This document shows, in pieces, positions 1 through 10,694 of a stretch of 64,000 nucleotides of DNA. Made by a program: the position numbers and the translations under genes. Under the pieces are notes generated by a model, which ran no database searches, was not told the origin of the DNA, and saw nothing but the letters and a program-made list of their open reading frames with translations. The stretch is taken from positions 640,001 to 704,000 of the forward strand of contig CBDFJF010000001.1 of the NCBI GenBank assembly GCA_965248265.1, written 5' to 3'. This stretch comes from Candidatus Latescibacterota bacterium. Lineage in GTDB: Bacteria; Latescibacterota; UBA2968; UBA8231. The first letter of the stretch is position 1. Each line of letters opens with the position of its first letter.

Positions 1-2112
1 GCCCCAGTTGTCGCTGACATTTTTTATTCCTTGAATAGTCGCCATGTGTGCTTTGACCTGGTCGACTATGGCGAACACTGCCTGCTCATCCTCTCCGGAG
101 ATACGCACCTCGATCGGATCCTGCACGGGCGGTCCGTTGAGCATCTTGCGTACGTCCGGGATCACATCCGGAAAATGGTCCATGCAGTAGCGCTCAATCC
201 GCGGAATCAATTCGTCAATGACCTCGAAAGAGCTCGTATTCATCAGCAGCAGGGCGTACTCGGGACTGGCCATCTTCGGCGAATAGGTAAGGGTGTAACG
301 CGGCGGCCCCTGGCCGATAAAGCTGGCCCAGTTGAGAACCCCTTCTGGCTGGCCCTCGCCTACCTGCAGTTCAGTCTCGACGAAACGCTCCAACGACGCC
401 ACGACTGCTTCTGTACGCTCGATCGGCACCCCGATCGGCAGCTCGATCTCAGCCGTCATCATCGGCTGGTCCTTCTCCGGGAAGAAGATATTCGGGACGT
501 AACCGAACCCCTGCATCGCCACCATGAAAACGGCGATGACGACGACCACGCTGATGGCGCGATGGCGCAACCCCAGCAGCAACCATGAGCGGTAACGCTG
601 GTAACTCTTCGACTCGAAACTATCGCCCGTCTTTTGTTTCACCTTCATGAACTGAACGCATAACATCGGGATCATGGTCAGTGACAGGATCCAGGAGCAC
701 AGCAGCGCGATGGTGACGACCTTGAACAGCGGCGCGGTGTACTCACCTACGTCTGATTCGGCCAGGTAGATCGGCAAAAAAGCCGCCGCCGTGGTCAGCG
801 ACGCCGTCAACAGCGGCACTCGAAGCTCTGCCGCCGAGGCGATGGCAGCATCGGTCGCACTGTCACCGCGTTCCATGCCGACCATGATCGATTCGGACAT
901 GACGATGGCGTTGTCGACGAGCAGACCCAGCGAGATGATGAGGGCGGACAGTGACATCTGATCCAACCCGATTTCGAACCAGGACATCACCAGCAGGCTC
1001 ATCACCATCGTCATCGGAATCAGCGTCGAGACCACCAGACCGGTGCGCACCCCCAGGCTGATCAGCATCACCACCATGACGATGGCCACGGCCTGTAGCA
1101 GGTTGCGGGTGAAGTCGTTCACCTTCTTGTCGACAACATCCGGCTGAAAGGCGATGACGTCGAATTCCAGCCCGATCGGGTAGCGCTGCTGCAGGCGGTC
1201 GATCGTCCCCTTCACATCCTGTCCCAGCGTGATCAGGTTTCCGCCCTCTCGCAGGGAAATGGATATCGCCAGGGCCGCGGCACCTGAGGAGCGCACCATC
1301 TGTGTCGGCGGATCGACATAGCCGCGTTCCACGCTGGCGATGTCTTCCAAGTAGAGCAGATCCGAACTGCCGGGCACACTGATGATCGTCTGCCGCAGCT
1401 CCTCGACTGATTCGAAATTCCCTGATGGCTCCAGTACGATGCGCTCGTAGCCCGTGTTCACGTCGCCGCCAGGCAGCACGATGTTCCTGTTCTCGAGCGT
1501 GTTCATTAGCTGGAAGGCTGAGACACCGAGCTCGGCCAAGCGCGCGTTATGGTATTCGACGAAAACGCGCTCTTCCTGTACGCCGTGAATCTCCACCTTG
1601 GCGGCGTCTGAGATTTTCAGTAGCTCATTGCGAACCTGGTCTGCGACTTCCTTGAGCTCGGCGTAGTCGTAGCCTTCTCCGGTCAACGTGATAATCGTCC
1701 CGAAGACGTCGCCGAACTCGTCATTGACGAAGGGGCCGATGACGTCTGCCGGCAGCTCCCTGCTGGCGCGCTCGACCTTGCGGCGCAGCGAATCCCAGAT
1801 TGGCCGCATGTGGGTTTCGCTGGCCATGATCTGCGGAAAGACCAGCGACACGCCACTGCGGGAAGTGCTGGTGACAAAATCCAGCTCCGGCATCTCCTGG
1901 ATTGTCTTTTCAAGCTTGTCGGTCACCAGCTGCTCGACGCGATCCGGACTGGCGCCCGGGAAAAACGTCATGACCTGGGCGACACGGATGATGAACCCGG
2001 GATCCTCCGATCGCGGCATCCCACCGTAGGCAGTCATTCCCGCCAGGGCGACAACGATCAAGCACACGAAGGTGACCCGGTTCTTCTCTATGGCTGCTCT
2101 GGTAATGTTCAT
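1..2112 (-). CDS. RND efflux permease (AcrB/AcrD/AcrF family), runs off the left edge of the window
   Basis: Manual translation from ATG 2112: MNITRAAIEKNRVTF...SEDPGF...FPGASPDRVEQLVT...GLLVDNAIV (RND motifs); follows the MFP gene. Confidence 0.93.
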   Translation of the reverse strand, partial: MNITRAAIEKNRVTFVCLIVVALAGMTAYGGMPRSEDPGFIIRVAQVMTFFPGASPDRVEQLVTDKLEKTIQEMPELDFVTSTSRSGVSLVFPQIMASETHMRPIWDSLRRKVERASRELPADVIGPFVNDEFGDVFGTIITLTGEGYDYAELKEVADQVRNELLKISDAAKVEIHGVQEERVFVEYHNARLAELGVSAFQLMNTLENRNIVLPGGDVNTGYERIVLEPSGNFESVEELRQTIISVPGSSDLLYLEDIASVERGYVDPPTQMVRSSGAAALAISISLREGGNLITLGQDVKGTIDRLQQRYPIGLEFDVIAFQPDVVDKKVNDFTRNLLQAVAIVMVVMLISLGVRTGLVVSTLIPMTMVMSLLVMSWFEIGLDQMSLSALIISLGLLVDNAIVMSESIMVGMERGDSATDAAIASAAELRVPLLTASLTTAAAFLPIYLAESDVGEYTAPLFKVVTIALLCSWILSLTMIPMLCVQFMKVKQKTGDSFESKSYQRYRSWLLLGLRHRAISVVVVIAVFMVAMQGFGYVPNIFFPEKDQPMMTAEIELPIGVPIERTEAVVASLERFVETELQVGEGQPEGVLNWASFIGQGPPRYTLTYSPKMASPEYALLLMNTSSFEVIDELIPRIERYCMDHFPDVIPDVRKMLNGPPVQDPIEVRISGEDEQAVFAIVDQVKAHMATIQGIKNVSDNWG

Positions 2113-2123
2113 GACGGTCGCCT

Positions 2124-3224
2124 CTACTTCGGCAGCAGGCGAACCTCTTGCCCGTCCGTTATGCGGCTGACGCCGGCGGTCACAACCAGTTCGCCGTCGG
2201 CCAGGCCCTCCTGAATCTCGATCAAGCCCTCATCGCCGAGCGTACCGATGGCGACCCCTCGACGTCGCGCGTGCATGGTCCCGCCGTCATCCTCAACGAC
2301 GAACACGAAGCGCTCCCCCTGTCGATCCTCGCCGACCGCTACACTCGGAACGTAGATACGATCACGATCTCCCCTCCCACCGAAGCGAAGGTCCACCTCC
2401 GCGGCCATGCCGGGACGGCAGTCCGAATCCTCCTCGTCCATACGCACGGTCACGGGAAAGGTCGTTGCCGCGCCGGTGGACACGACACCGACCTCGGTGA
2501 CTCGAGCCCCGAAGGTCCGACCTTCTATGGCGTCGAAGCGGACGACAACTTCATCACCCTCCCTGACCTCGACTATCAGTTGCTCAGGAATAGCCACCTC
2601 CACCTCCAGGCGTCCTCCGGAGGTCAACAGCACCACCGGCTGCCCAGCACTGACGTTCTCGTTCGTTTCCACCGGCACATCGGCGATCGAACCGTCGAGC
2701 TGTGCCTTGAGTTGGGTATAGCCCAGCGTGACCCTGGCCAGCTCCGACCGCTTGGCGATGGAGTTGACGTTCTGTCGTGCCGAGATCGCGCCGGCACGAG
2801 CAGCATCGAGATCGTTTTTGGAAGCATTCCTGTTTTCGTAGAGTGACTGCACGCGGTCGTAGTTGGCCTCAGCGTTTACCGCCTGGGCCTCGGCGCTGGC
2901 CAACCCAGCTTCAGCTTCCTGCGACTGCAGGCGATAGTCTTCGTCGTCGAGCTCGGCGATCAATTGGCCCACCTTGACCTTGTCCCCAACCTCCACCAGC
3001 AGAGATTTTATCGTTCCTGGCAGTTTGAAACTCAGCCTCGACTCGACTGCGGCCCGGGCGGAACCGGAGAATGAGCGGACACGGCCGCCTCCCGTGGCAT
3101 AGACGGGCTCGGTGCGCACTGGCCTGATCTGGGGCGTCGGTGGCGCCGGCTCTTCTCCGCATCCGGTTAACAACAGCGGCATCACCGTGGCCACCGCCAC
3201 ACAGGCGGCGATCGATCGTATCAT
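2124..3224 (-). CDS. RND periplasmic adaptor (membrane fusion protein), lipoprotein
   Basis: Lipobox LLLTGC, VEVGDKVKVGQLIAELD lipoyl-like motif, RPGMAAEV; start moved to MIRSIAAC. Confidence 0.92.
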   Translation of the reverse strand: MIRSIAACVAVATVMPLLLTGCGEEPAPPTPQIRPVRTEPVYATGGGRVRSFSGSARAAVESRLSFKLPGTIKSLLVEVGDKVKVGQLIAELDDEDYRLQSQEAEAGLASAEAQAVNAEANYDRVQSLYENRNASKNDLDAARAGAISARQNVNSIAKRSELARVTLGYTQLKAQLDGSIADVPVETNENVSAGQPVVLLTSGGRLEVEVAIPEQLIVEVREGDEVVVRFDAIEGRTFGARVTEVGVVSTGAATTFPVTVRMDEEDSDCRPGMAAEVDLRFGGRGDRDRIYVPSVAVGEDRQGERFVFVVEDDGGTMHARRRGVAIGTLGDEGLIEIQEGLADGELVVTAGVSRITDGQEVRLLPK

Positions 3225-3225
3225 G

Positions 3226-5598
3226 TCATTCCTCCGTCTGTTGCGCTTGGAAAGCTCGCTGAAAATGGGCATCGGCTCGGGCAAACCAGGCCTCGACTTG
3301 ATCGGCCGAAGCGAAGAAGAAGAAGGTGCCGTGCGCACGCTCGACCTCCATCAGGTCTACCAGAAAGTCGTAGACCGAATTCGCCGCACCCTCCTTGGCC
3401 ACGATCGCCGCGTTCTGCGCGTCGAGCAGATCCAGGATCGAGACTACGCCCCGTCCATAGGCATCCTTGACCAATTCCAGATTCTTTAGGGCAGCCACGG
3501 CCGCGTCGCTGGACAAGCTTATACCCGCGTAAGCAGCACCAGCGACATGGAGCGCCATGCGAATGCGTTGCTCCACGCGTTCGGCCACCGCCTGACGTTG
3601 AATCCGCAACCGCTCCAGCTCTTCACCCGCCTGGCGTGCCTGCGCGAACTTGGCACCGCCACTGTATAATGGTAGGCTGGCGTTGACCCCGAGGGTCCAG
3701 TTGGCGTCGCCACCCAACGCTGGCAGCTCGGAGCCGATCCCTTCGCGGGAGATATGGCGGGTCGCATCAGCCTGCAGCGCGACCGTCGGCACGTAGGATG
3801 CGCGCTCGGCTATCTGCAACGCCCGCTCCTGTGCCGCGATCGCCGCGTCCAGTCCCTTGAGTTCCGGAGACCACTTCAGACTCTCCTCAACCATAAAGGA
3901 GCGGAACACACCGAAGTTTCGCTTGTTGTCGATGAAGCGAATGAACCGAGGATCGTGGGTGACCAGGCTCTTGTCGGCAAGACCCGTCTCCATCGTGGCG
4001 AAGGACTCCTCCAACGGCCGGTGCAGCAGCTGGTTCAAGACAATTTCCGCAAGGTTGCGCTGAGTGTTTGCCGCTATTGCGTTATTGCGCACGATCGCCA
4101 TCTGGCTCTCCCAGCGGTAGACTTCCGCCGGGCCAGAGACGCCAATATGACGTCGAACCCGCGCCAGCTCGAGATTGGAGCGCGTCAGCTGAAGATTGTC
4201 TTTTTGTACCCGCTCGAAGGTCTTCGCCCGCAGCACATTCAGGTAGGCCGTTGCCGTCTGTTGGGCGATGTCCAGCCTCACCTGCTCCCGTTCCTGCTCA
4301 CGCGTCAGTTGCAGATTCTGCTGGATGCCGTAGTTCCCCCAGGCCGCGTCGGAGTAGATGACCTGGGACAGAGTGGTCTTGCTAGACACCGTGCGCTCGG
4401 ATTGAAACGGCCCGGCCAGACCGTCATCGACAACCGAACCGTTGGCATCGAGATCCAGTTGCGGCAGCAGTGTCGCCTTGGACTGGCGCACCTGCTCGGA
4501 GCCTGCTGCCACCGCACGCCGGCTGATCTCGAGATCCAGGTTGGTGCGAATGGCCTCTTGAACAGATGAAACCAACGTCAATTCGCGCTCCAGAAGCTTG
4601 GACTGCTCCTTGATCTGCACGGCCTCGTTGATGACGCTCCAGCTGGGATAGATGCCCATGGCGCGAGCCGTGGCCATGTTGATGGTGAGTCGGTCACTGC
4701 GCTTGAAGACGACTGGTAGAGAACCGGCGTCCTCTTCGAGCAGAATGCGGTGCAGATTGAGAGCCACACGCCGCGCCAGGCGTGACAGATCGACCTCGGC
4801 GTGCAACCCGACCATCATCCCTGCTTCGATATGACGGGTGCCGACGCTGGAAAAACTTGGAAGTCGTTTGTCGATGAGCCCCTGTACCAGTATCTCGATA
4901 TCCCCTTCTGGAAAGTGCAATGGCAGTGCCACCAATACCGCGTCAACGTTAGATGGCAGATCGGCGAGGACTCCGCTGGCCGACTTGGCCAGAACGATTT
5001 GAGCCTGCACACCAACTTCCTCGGCTGCGGCCAGGTAGTAATCTTGTAACCCGGGAATGGCAGCAGCGATGTAGTGGTTGAGGACGATGGCGACCGATTC
5101 GAACGGCACCGTATGGCGGAATTCCTTGAGATCGGATCGCGGATCGGACGGAAAGGCGACGTAGTTGAGATTGCGGACACCGCTTGTCGCGCCTTTGAGG
5201 GGTACGCCCTGCAGATCCGTGTCGAGGACGAACGGCGCGATGGCCGGCTTGGGCAATCCCCCTCGGTTGCCCAGCTCACTCGCAACCACATGAGAGCCGA
5301 TGGCGCCGGCAGCGATGACGATATGGACGTCGTCGTCATCTAACAGTTGATCAACAACTGCCCGTACCCCCTCGATGGTTGCGTCTCCCTGTACCATCTT
5401 TTCATAAGGGATCCGCACATCGAACTCGGCGCGAGTCAACTCCTCCAGCTCGGGTTGTAAGAGCTCGATGACGAGCTGACGCAGGTCCAGGTCTCCGTCC
5501 AGTGCGATGCCGATGTTGACGACCGGGCGTTCCGCACAAACAGCTGGGGCAGCTATCAGAGAGACTAACACTATCACCTGCGATATCGATCGTCTCAT
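3226..5598 (-). CDS. TolC-family outer membrane protein with N-terminal ABC substrate-binding-like domain
   Basis: C-terminal OEP repeats (LLPQLDL, YGRGVVSILDLLDAQ); N-terminal half ends LTINMATARAMGI; start at MRRSISQ. Confidence 0.88.
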   Translation of the reverse strand: MRRSISQVIVLVSLIAAPAVCAERPVVNIGIALDGDLDLRQLVIELLQPELEELTRAEFDVRIPYEKMVQGDATIEGVRAVVDQLLDDDDVHIVIAAGAIGSHVVASELGNRGGLPKPAIAPFVLDTDLQGVPLKGATSGVRNLNYVAFPSDPRSDLKEFRHTVPFESVAIVLNHYIAAAIPGLQDYYLAAAEEVGVQAQIVLAKSASGVLADLPSNVDAVLVALPLHFPEGDIEILVQGLIDKRLPSFSSVGTRHIEAGMMVGLHAEVDLSRLARRVALNLHRILLEEDAGSLPVVFKRSDRLTINMATARAMGIYPSWSVINEAVQIKEQSKLLERELTLVSSVQEAIRTNLDLEISRRAVAAGSEQVRQSKATLLPQLDLDANGSVVDDGLAGPFQSERTVSSKTTLSQVIYSDAAWGNYGIQQNLQLTREQEREQVRLDIAQQTATAYLNVLRAKTFERVQKDNLQLTRSNLELARVRRHIGVSGPAEVYRWESQMAIVRNNAIAANTQRNLAEIVLNQLLHRPLEESFATMETGLADKSLVTHDPRFIRFIDNKRNFGVFRSFMVEESLKWSPELKGLDAAIAAQERALQIAERASYVPTVALQADATRHISREGIGSELPALGGDANWTLGVNASLPLYSGGAKFAQARQAGEELERLRIQRQAVAERVEQRIRMALHVAGAAYAGISLSSDAAVAALKNLELVKDAYGRGVVSILDLLDAQNAAIVAKEGAANSVYDFLVDLMEVERAHGTFFFFASADQVEAWFARADAHFQRAFQAQQTEE

Positions 5599-5600
5599 AA

Positions 5601-6326
5601 TCACCTCTGTAATGCCGGATGACCGGTCAGCGCCGCCCAAAACACGATCAACATGACCCACAACCCTACGGTCACGGCCATACCGCGCCGGTGTGGCATC
5701 CCGATCATGACGGAAAGGCCGATGCCGACGACACAGGCCTGCCACAAGTCGAACAGATCTGCATCCGAGAGAATTCGGCCTACAAATGTGTCCTGCATCT
5801 CGTCGGATAGCATGGCACCGGGACTGAGCAGCACCTGGGGTTTGTTGTATAAAAGGATTAGCAGTGCCTTGACACAGTACCCCGCAGCGGCAATGAGGGA
5901 TGCGTAGGCTTTGATGACCAGCATGTCGCGCAGTGTGACGTCACTGCGAAAAACCCAACGCGAGATCGCCAGCAGCACCAGGCTCAGAATGACCAGATAG
6001 GTAAAACCGTCAACCAGCGGCGTGGTCATCCAGCCGTGTTCCCGATGAAACTCCATCAACGCAATGCGCTGTTGCCGGACTTCAGAAGGCAGATCGGCGA
6101 CCTGCTCCTGAAAGGCGGGCAGGTTCGGATCCGTGATGATATCAAGGGTCAGCCAGTTCGTCCCTACCCACACGATGACCATCACGGCAGTAGGCAGAAA
6201 CCAGTCGTGAAACCCGGGATCGCTACGAACGGCATCGAAGGTCGTGGAGGGCGCATAGAAGACACGCTTCATGCGCTCCCACAACGGCAGATCTTCGAAG
6301 TTGGAGCTAAAAGGGACGTTTTCCAT
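5601..6326 (-). CDS. YIP1-family membrane protein
   Basis: VFYAPSTTFDAV motif, several TM helices, DLFDLWQ motif. Confidence 0.75.
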   Translation of the reverse strand: MENVPFSSNFEDLPLWERMKRVFYAPSTTFDAVRSDPGFHDWFLPTAVMVIVWVGTNWLTLDIITDPNLPAFQEQVADLPSEVRQQRIALMEFHREHGWMTTPLVDGFTYLVILSLVLLAISRWVFRSDVTLRDMLVIKAYASLIAAAGYCVKALLILLYNKPQVLLSPGAMLSDEMQDTFVGRILSDADLFDLWQACVVGIGLSVMIGMPHRRGMAVTVGLWVMLIVFWAALTGHPALQR

Positions 6327-6408
6327 AGCCCACGACAATAGCGGCTCGGGTGCCGCCGATCAAGTGGACGAGCCTGGGCTATGACTCAACTACTTGTATT
6401 GCATCGAG

Positions 6409-6437
6409 TTGACACATATCAGCCTGATTTTTACTTT
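6409..6437 (+). promoter_or_regulatory. sigma70-type promoter of tRNA-Glu
   Basis: TTGACA-N17-TACTTT about 25 nt upstream of the tRNA. Confidence 0.65.
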
Positions 6438-6462
6438 CTCTTGCTGCCGAAAAATCGATATT

Positions 6463-6538
6463 GGCCCGTTCGTCTAGAGGCCTAGGACGCCGGCCTCTCA
6501 CGCCGGTAACACGGGTTCGAATCCCGTACGGGCTACCA
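6463..6538 (+). tRNA. tRNA-Glu (anticodon CTC)
   Basis: Acceptor stem GGCCCGT/ACGGGCT, anticodon arm CCGGC-CTCTCAC-GCCGG, GGTTCGAATCC T-arm, encoded CCA; 76 nt. Confidence 0.97.
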
Positions 6539-7160
6539 ACTGTTGCGACTCATCGAACTTCTGACACGGAGTATCGATGAGCGCGAGACGAATCTTGTCG
6601 GGGGTCCAAACGAGCTGGTTGACGCGGAGCCGAATTAGCTCCCGTCGCTCTTCTGGCAGGGCTTCCCGATAGAGATCATCAAAGGTCGTCAGGGACTCGG
6701 TCAATGACTGGGCACTGACGGCCTTTGCTTTTGTGGCTTGGATTTCGAAGTCAACCGCCAGAGTCTCGTCTTCGAGCTGCTCCTGCCGATCTTCGAGTTC
6801 TACAATCCGTCTGCCAACTGACTTGATCTTTCTCTTGCTGGCGATGCCATCCACGAGAGCTTCAATCTGTTCCTGGATGCTGCGACTCTGGCTCTTCAGC
6901 TCCGTTTTTCGCTTCCTCAGATTCCCAAGCAACTCGTCGGCTCCAGACATAGCCATCTGGACAATCCGTTCGATCGTGCGGTCTTGTTTGCTCAACTGGA
7001 TCAGACGCTCAGCGATGACCTGCTCCAGTGGCTCAGCAGGCAGCGGTTTCGTCTTGCAGGCTTCCGTACCACGGTGGTTCCGGTTGGTGCAAGCGTAGTA
7101 GCTGTACAGCCGCTTCTGTGGGTTGTAGCTGAACGTGGGCGTCATATAGGCCCCACGGGT
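6498..7160 (-). pseudogene. Large serine recombinase, C-terminal remnant (Zn ribbon + coiled coil) reading into the tRNA
   Basis: YSYYACTNR...EAC Zn-ribbon, coiled coil, tRNA-derived tail LVARTGFEPVLPA; in-frame stop just upstream and no catalytic domain. Confidence 0.85.
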
Positions 7161-7281
7161 GGGGGCGCTTCAATTGATGAAGCACACTCACCGGATAATC
7201 GGTCCTGCGGACGCTTGTACGATGGACCCTGCTGACCAGCCTGACTGCTGACCGGTTGTCGGTGGGAGATGAAACGCCCAT

Positions 7282-9326
7282 GTCGAGTAGCCGAGGCCCT
7301 GTCATGCGGCCCCGGCCCTCACCAGATCCCAGCGAGCAGATTTCCCGCACTGGGCTCCTCCATTGACACGTCTCGCGGTTAGGAAAACCAGATCGATACA
7401 ACGATCCGGGGTCTTGGGAGTGGATACTGCCGGAGCAACCCCCGGTAGTATCGCTCCCACGTCAGGCGCGATCGCTGGCTACGTCGATTCAACCACTTGT
7501 ACCACGCAAACATCGCTGCGGTAGTGAGTTGGGTTACGCTGTTCCCATTCCCGCTGATACCGAAGTAGTTGATGTGGCCTTGGATGCGCCTTACGAGGTC
7601 GGCGTGCTGCTTTGGTATCGGCCAGTTCCGATGGCGACGGCACAGCCGATACAGGGCCTGCACAGACCGCTTGAGCCGATCACGCCGTGTCTTGCTCGTC
7701 AGCACCCATCGACCATTCGGGGCTCTCCGCCAAAACCACGTGAAACCCAGAAGGTCGAAGGTACCTGGCCCTTTACCCTTCGTCTGCTCCTGTGGTGGCC
7801 GCTCGAAAGGGATGAGCCGGGTCTTGTCTGGCTGCAGGGTTAGTCCGTATTTGTCCAGCCGCTTGCTCAGCACTGCCCTCACGCGCTCGGCATCCTCCGG
7901 CAGTTCGAAACCAATGATGAAATCATCGGCGTATCGGACCAACGTTGCTCTACGACGCAACCGTGGTCTGATCTCGACTTCAAACCACTCGTCGAGGACG
8001 TGGTGCAGGTAGAGGTTGCCAAGCAGTGGCGACAAACAGGAGCCCTGTGCGGTGCCTCGGTCCGGCGTAGAAAACTGTTCGCCATCCAGCACCCCAACGT
8101 GCAAGCACTTCCCCACGAGCCGGGTGATCGACCCATCGGGAATCCGCTCCCGGAGAAACTCCATCAGTTTGGATCGATCCAAACTGTCGAAGTAGGATGT
8201 AATATCCGCCTCCAGAATGACCTTCGCTTCCCCGTTCATCACCACCCGATTCAACACCCGCAGAGCGTCGTGGGCACTGCGTCCCGGACGGTAGCCGTAT
8301 GAGCAATCCCGAAAGTCCTGCTCGTAGACCGCCGACAGCACCTCGCGTAACGCCTCCTGGACAATCTTGTCCTCGAAGCACGAGATGCCAATGGGACGAG
8401 TCTTCTTGCCTTTGCCGTCCTTGGGGATGTGGACTCTACGAATGGGCTGGTGGCGCCACCGCTTAGTGCGCAGTCGCCGGTGCAGATCCTGCAGATTCCT
8501 CTCCAGGTCCTGCCCATACTGCTCCTTGGTCACGCCATCTACCCCGACTGCAGCGCTCGGCTTTTGATGGTCGAACGCCCTACGCAGAGCTTCCACGTCG
8601 ATCAGGTGTGCCAGCGAGTGAAACTTGGCCTGCGGCTCTCGCCTCGCTCTCTCCGCTACCTCCAAAAGTCCCGGTGACATGGACCCCGAAGTCAATGCAT
8701 CGGTCATGGTGCCCTCCTGAAGTTCGTGTCAACACGGACCGCCTTGGCTCCGCCGGGTCCAGCTGCCAACCGTTCCCCGACTTCTCAGCTACTACACGGT
8801 CCTCCGACTCCCCATGCTCCATCGGTCGCCGCTCCGGTTCCCCTCGCAAACGACCTACCACGGTGCCCACGCTTGTTCTTAATCGGCCACGCGTGCGTGT
8901 GCTGACGCGTGGCGCGTCGGAGACTTCTTCACCGGCTCTCCGTAGCACCGGAATCAATCCGTGGAGAGGCTGGGGCCTCCCAGGTTCCTGGGTCATCCTC
9001 TGCGAGCGTGCCCTGGTCGTATCACACCCCGCCGGGGTGTCGTCGCCTTGCCCACATAACGCCGACGACACTGCTGCCTTCAGGTAATCCGGCACCCTCA
9101 GCTATCCCGGAACGGTCTCATTTCAGGGCCGCAATCCCACAGCCCGCTCGCTCACTGCCCTACTGCTTCGCCTGCCCCGTTACCGGGAACACACGCAAGG
9201 GCTCGTTTCTGGCCTGCCGGGCTCAGCTTTGGCCAGGCGGGTTTTGCACCCGCGGGACGACTAACCGTATTTCAAGAAAGTATCACCTCCTTCTATTCCT
9301 ACGGACCAGACTTGCCTGGTCGCATC
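7282..9326 (-). mobile_element. Group II intron copy 1
   Basis: 5' GATGCGACC; domain V GAGCCCAGTGCGGGAAATCTGCTCGCTGGGATC; domain VI ending CTACTCGAC; RT ORF inside. Confidence 0.93.
7379..8707 (-). CDS. ltrA: Group II intron reverse transcriptase/maturase (no endonuclease domain)
   Basis: GVDGVT, RPIGIS, GTAQGSCLSPLL, YADD, FDLLGF, domain X. Confidence 0.96.
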   Translation of the reverse strand: MTDALTSGSMSPGLLEVAERARREPQAKFHSLAHLIDVEALRRAFDHQKPSAAVGVDGVTKEQYGQDLERNLQDLHRRLRTKRWRHQPIRRVHIPKDGKGKKTRPIGISCFEDKIVQEALREVLSAVYEQDFRDCSYGYRPGRSAHDALRVLNRVVMNGEAKVILEADITSYFDSLDRSKLMEFLRERIPDGSITRLVGKCLHVGVLDGEQFSTPDRGTAQGSCLSPLLGNLYLHHVLDEWFEVEIRPRLRRRATLVRYADDFIIGFELPEDAERVRAVLSKRLDKYGLTLQPDKTRLIPFERPPQEQTKGKGPGTFDLLGFTWFWRRAPNGRWVLTSKTRRDRLKRSVQALYRLCRRHRNWPIPKQHADLVRRIQGHINYFGISGNGNSVTQLTTAAMFAWYKWLNRRSQRSRLTWERYYRGLLRQYPLPRPRIVVSIWFS

Positions 9327-9349
9327 CGGACCCTGAATCTGATTCCCTA
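9327..9349. repeat. 31-bp two-arm site interrupted by intron 1 (left part 7274-7281)
   Basis: Reconstructed ACGCCCAT|CGGA-CCCTGAA-TCTGATTCCCTA. Confidence 0.75.
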
Positions 9350-9474
9350 GCTGAGGTCTCGACCTACCCTTGCCACTGTTGTCGGCTGCATCCTACTCTC
9401 TTGACCACTAAGAGCGAAGCCAACAGGGTGCCCCTTCCCACTGCGGTGCAATGGATCTTCCAGAGGGAAACTGA

Positions 9475-10551
9475 GTGAGTGATCGCCCTTCGTTGAACGA
9501 GCTGGATCCAGACCTCGTTCAGGGAGCATTTCGAGAGTCAGTTGGCGATGCCAGGCTACTCGATTGGAGCCAAGCGCCGATCCAGGTAGGATCGGTGGGC
9601 GAGTTGTACCGTGTCAGCGGTAGAGTCCAATTGAATACAGGCACCGCAACGGCTTGCTCCCTCGTGCTCAAGATCCAACGCAGATGGGAACGTCGTGGTG
9701 ATCCCGAATGCTGGAGGCGGGAGGCTCTGGTGTATCGATCGGGAATCTTCGACGAGCTCCCCGAATCGCTCCGAGTCCCTATATGTTACAGCATCCAGGA
9801 GCGTGAAGACGAGACGTGGTACTGGTTCGAAGAGGTCACTGGCACGACAGCAGGCCAGTTTGACCTGGACCACTACTGTCAGGCAGCGCACCATCTTGGC
9901 CAGTTTCAAGGGCCCTACATCGCTGGCCGACCCCTGCCAACCTACCCGTGGCTCAGTTCACGCAGGTGGATTACCCATACGGTGTCCAACTGGGGAACGG
10001 GCGCAATCCCTTGGCTCAATTCTTCTGACAGCTCATCCCTGACCAACTCAGTTCGAGAGCAGGCAATGACGATCTGGGCGGAGCGTGATGGATTCCTTGA
10101 TGTCGTTGATGATTTGCCCAGAACGGTGTGCCATCGTGACTTCAATCCAGAGAATCTCTTCCTCCCCGAGGCACTGTCCGGTGCAAATACCACGGTCATA
10201 GACTGGGATTGTGTCGGAATCGGCGCTCTCGCCGAGGACATAGGTGATCTCGTGGGAGAAGCTCTCGTATTTCAAGAATGGGATATTTCTCGTGCGTTGG
10301 ATCTGAAGGAGCAAGTGCTGGCGGCGTACCACGAAGGGCTTGTCGAATCGGGCTCTAAGGTGAGCCCTGAGACCGTACAACTGGGTTTTGCGACAGTATC
10401 TCCGCTACAGTGGTGCTTTAGGTTGATATGCCGCTATAAGGACGCGGAGGACCCCGCAACCCGAGAGCGTTATGTGGCCATCCTTCAGTTCATGCTGGAA
10501 CTGGGACGCGATGCACGTCGGTTGGCTTCGTCGCGGCCGAACCGCGGATGA
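9475..10551 (+). CDS. Aminoglycoside phosphotransferase / choline-kinase-like protein
   Basis: LVLK, CHRDFNPEN and VIDWD kinase motifs. Confidence 0.85.
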   Translation: MSDRPSLNELDPDLVQGAFRESVGDARLLDWSQAPIQVGSVGELYRVSGRVQLNTGTATACSLVLKIQRRWERRGDPECWRREALVYRSGIFDELPESLRVPICYSIQEREDETWYWFEEVTGTTAGQFDLDHYCQAAHHLGQFQGPYIAGRPLPTYPWLSSRRWITHTVSNWGTGAIPWLNSSDSSSLTNSVREQAMTIWAERDGFLDVVDDLPRTVCHRDFNPENLFLPEALSGANTTVIDWDCVGIGALAEDIGDLVGEALVFQEWDISRALDLKEQVLAAYHEGLVESGSKVSPETVQLGFATVSPLQWCFRLICRYKDAEDPATRERYVAILQFMLELGRDARRLASSRPNRG

Positions 10552-10694
10552 CCAATCCGATTTACCTATCCCACCCAGCGGATCCTCCTCGACCGTGGTG
10601 CCAAGATAGCCAACCTGTATCTTCTCTCGTGACAACCAAACCGGATCCTCTGGCCATGTCGATGTTGGTCCTGCTCACGTATGGAGGAGTTCAC

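Noticed and set aside
7379-8707. RTs as retron, DGR or CRISPR-associated RT
   Set aside because: Domains V/VI, EBS1-IBS1 pairing and a maturase domain identify group II introns; no TR/VR pair, msr/msd or cas gene was seen.
10639-10669. Further ATC-N13-GAT or weak matches (10639, 10537, 32231, half-site 49833)
   Set aside because: Arms match the consensus poorly and the bare 6-base pattern is expected many times by chance; not counted.
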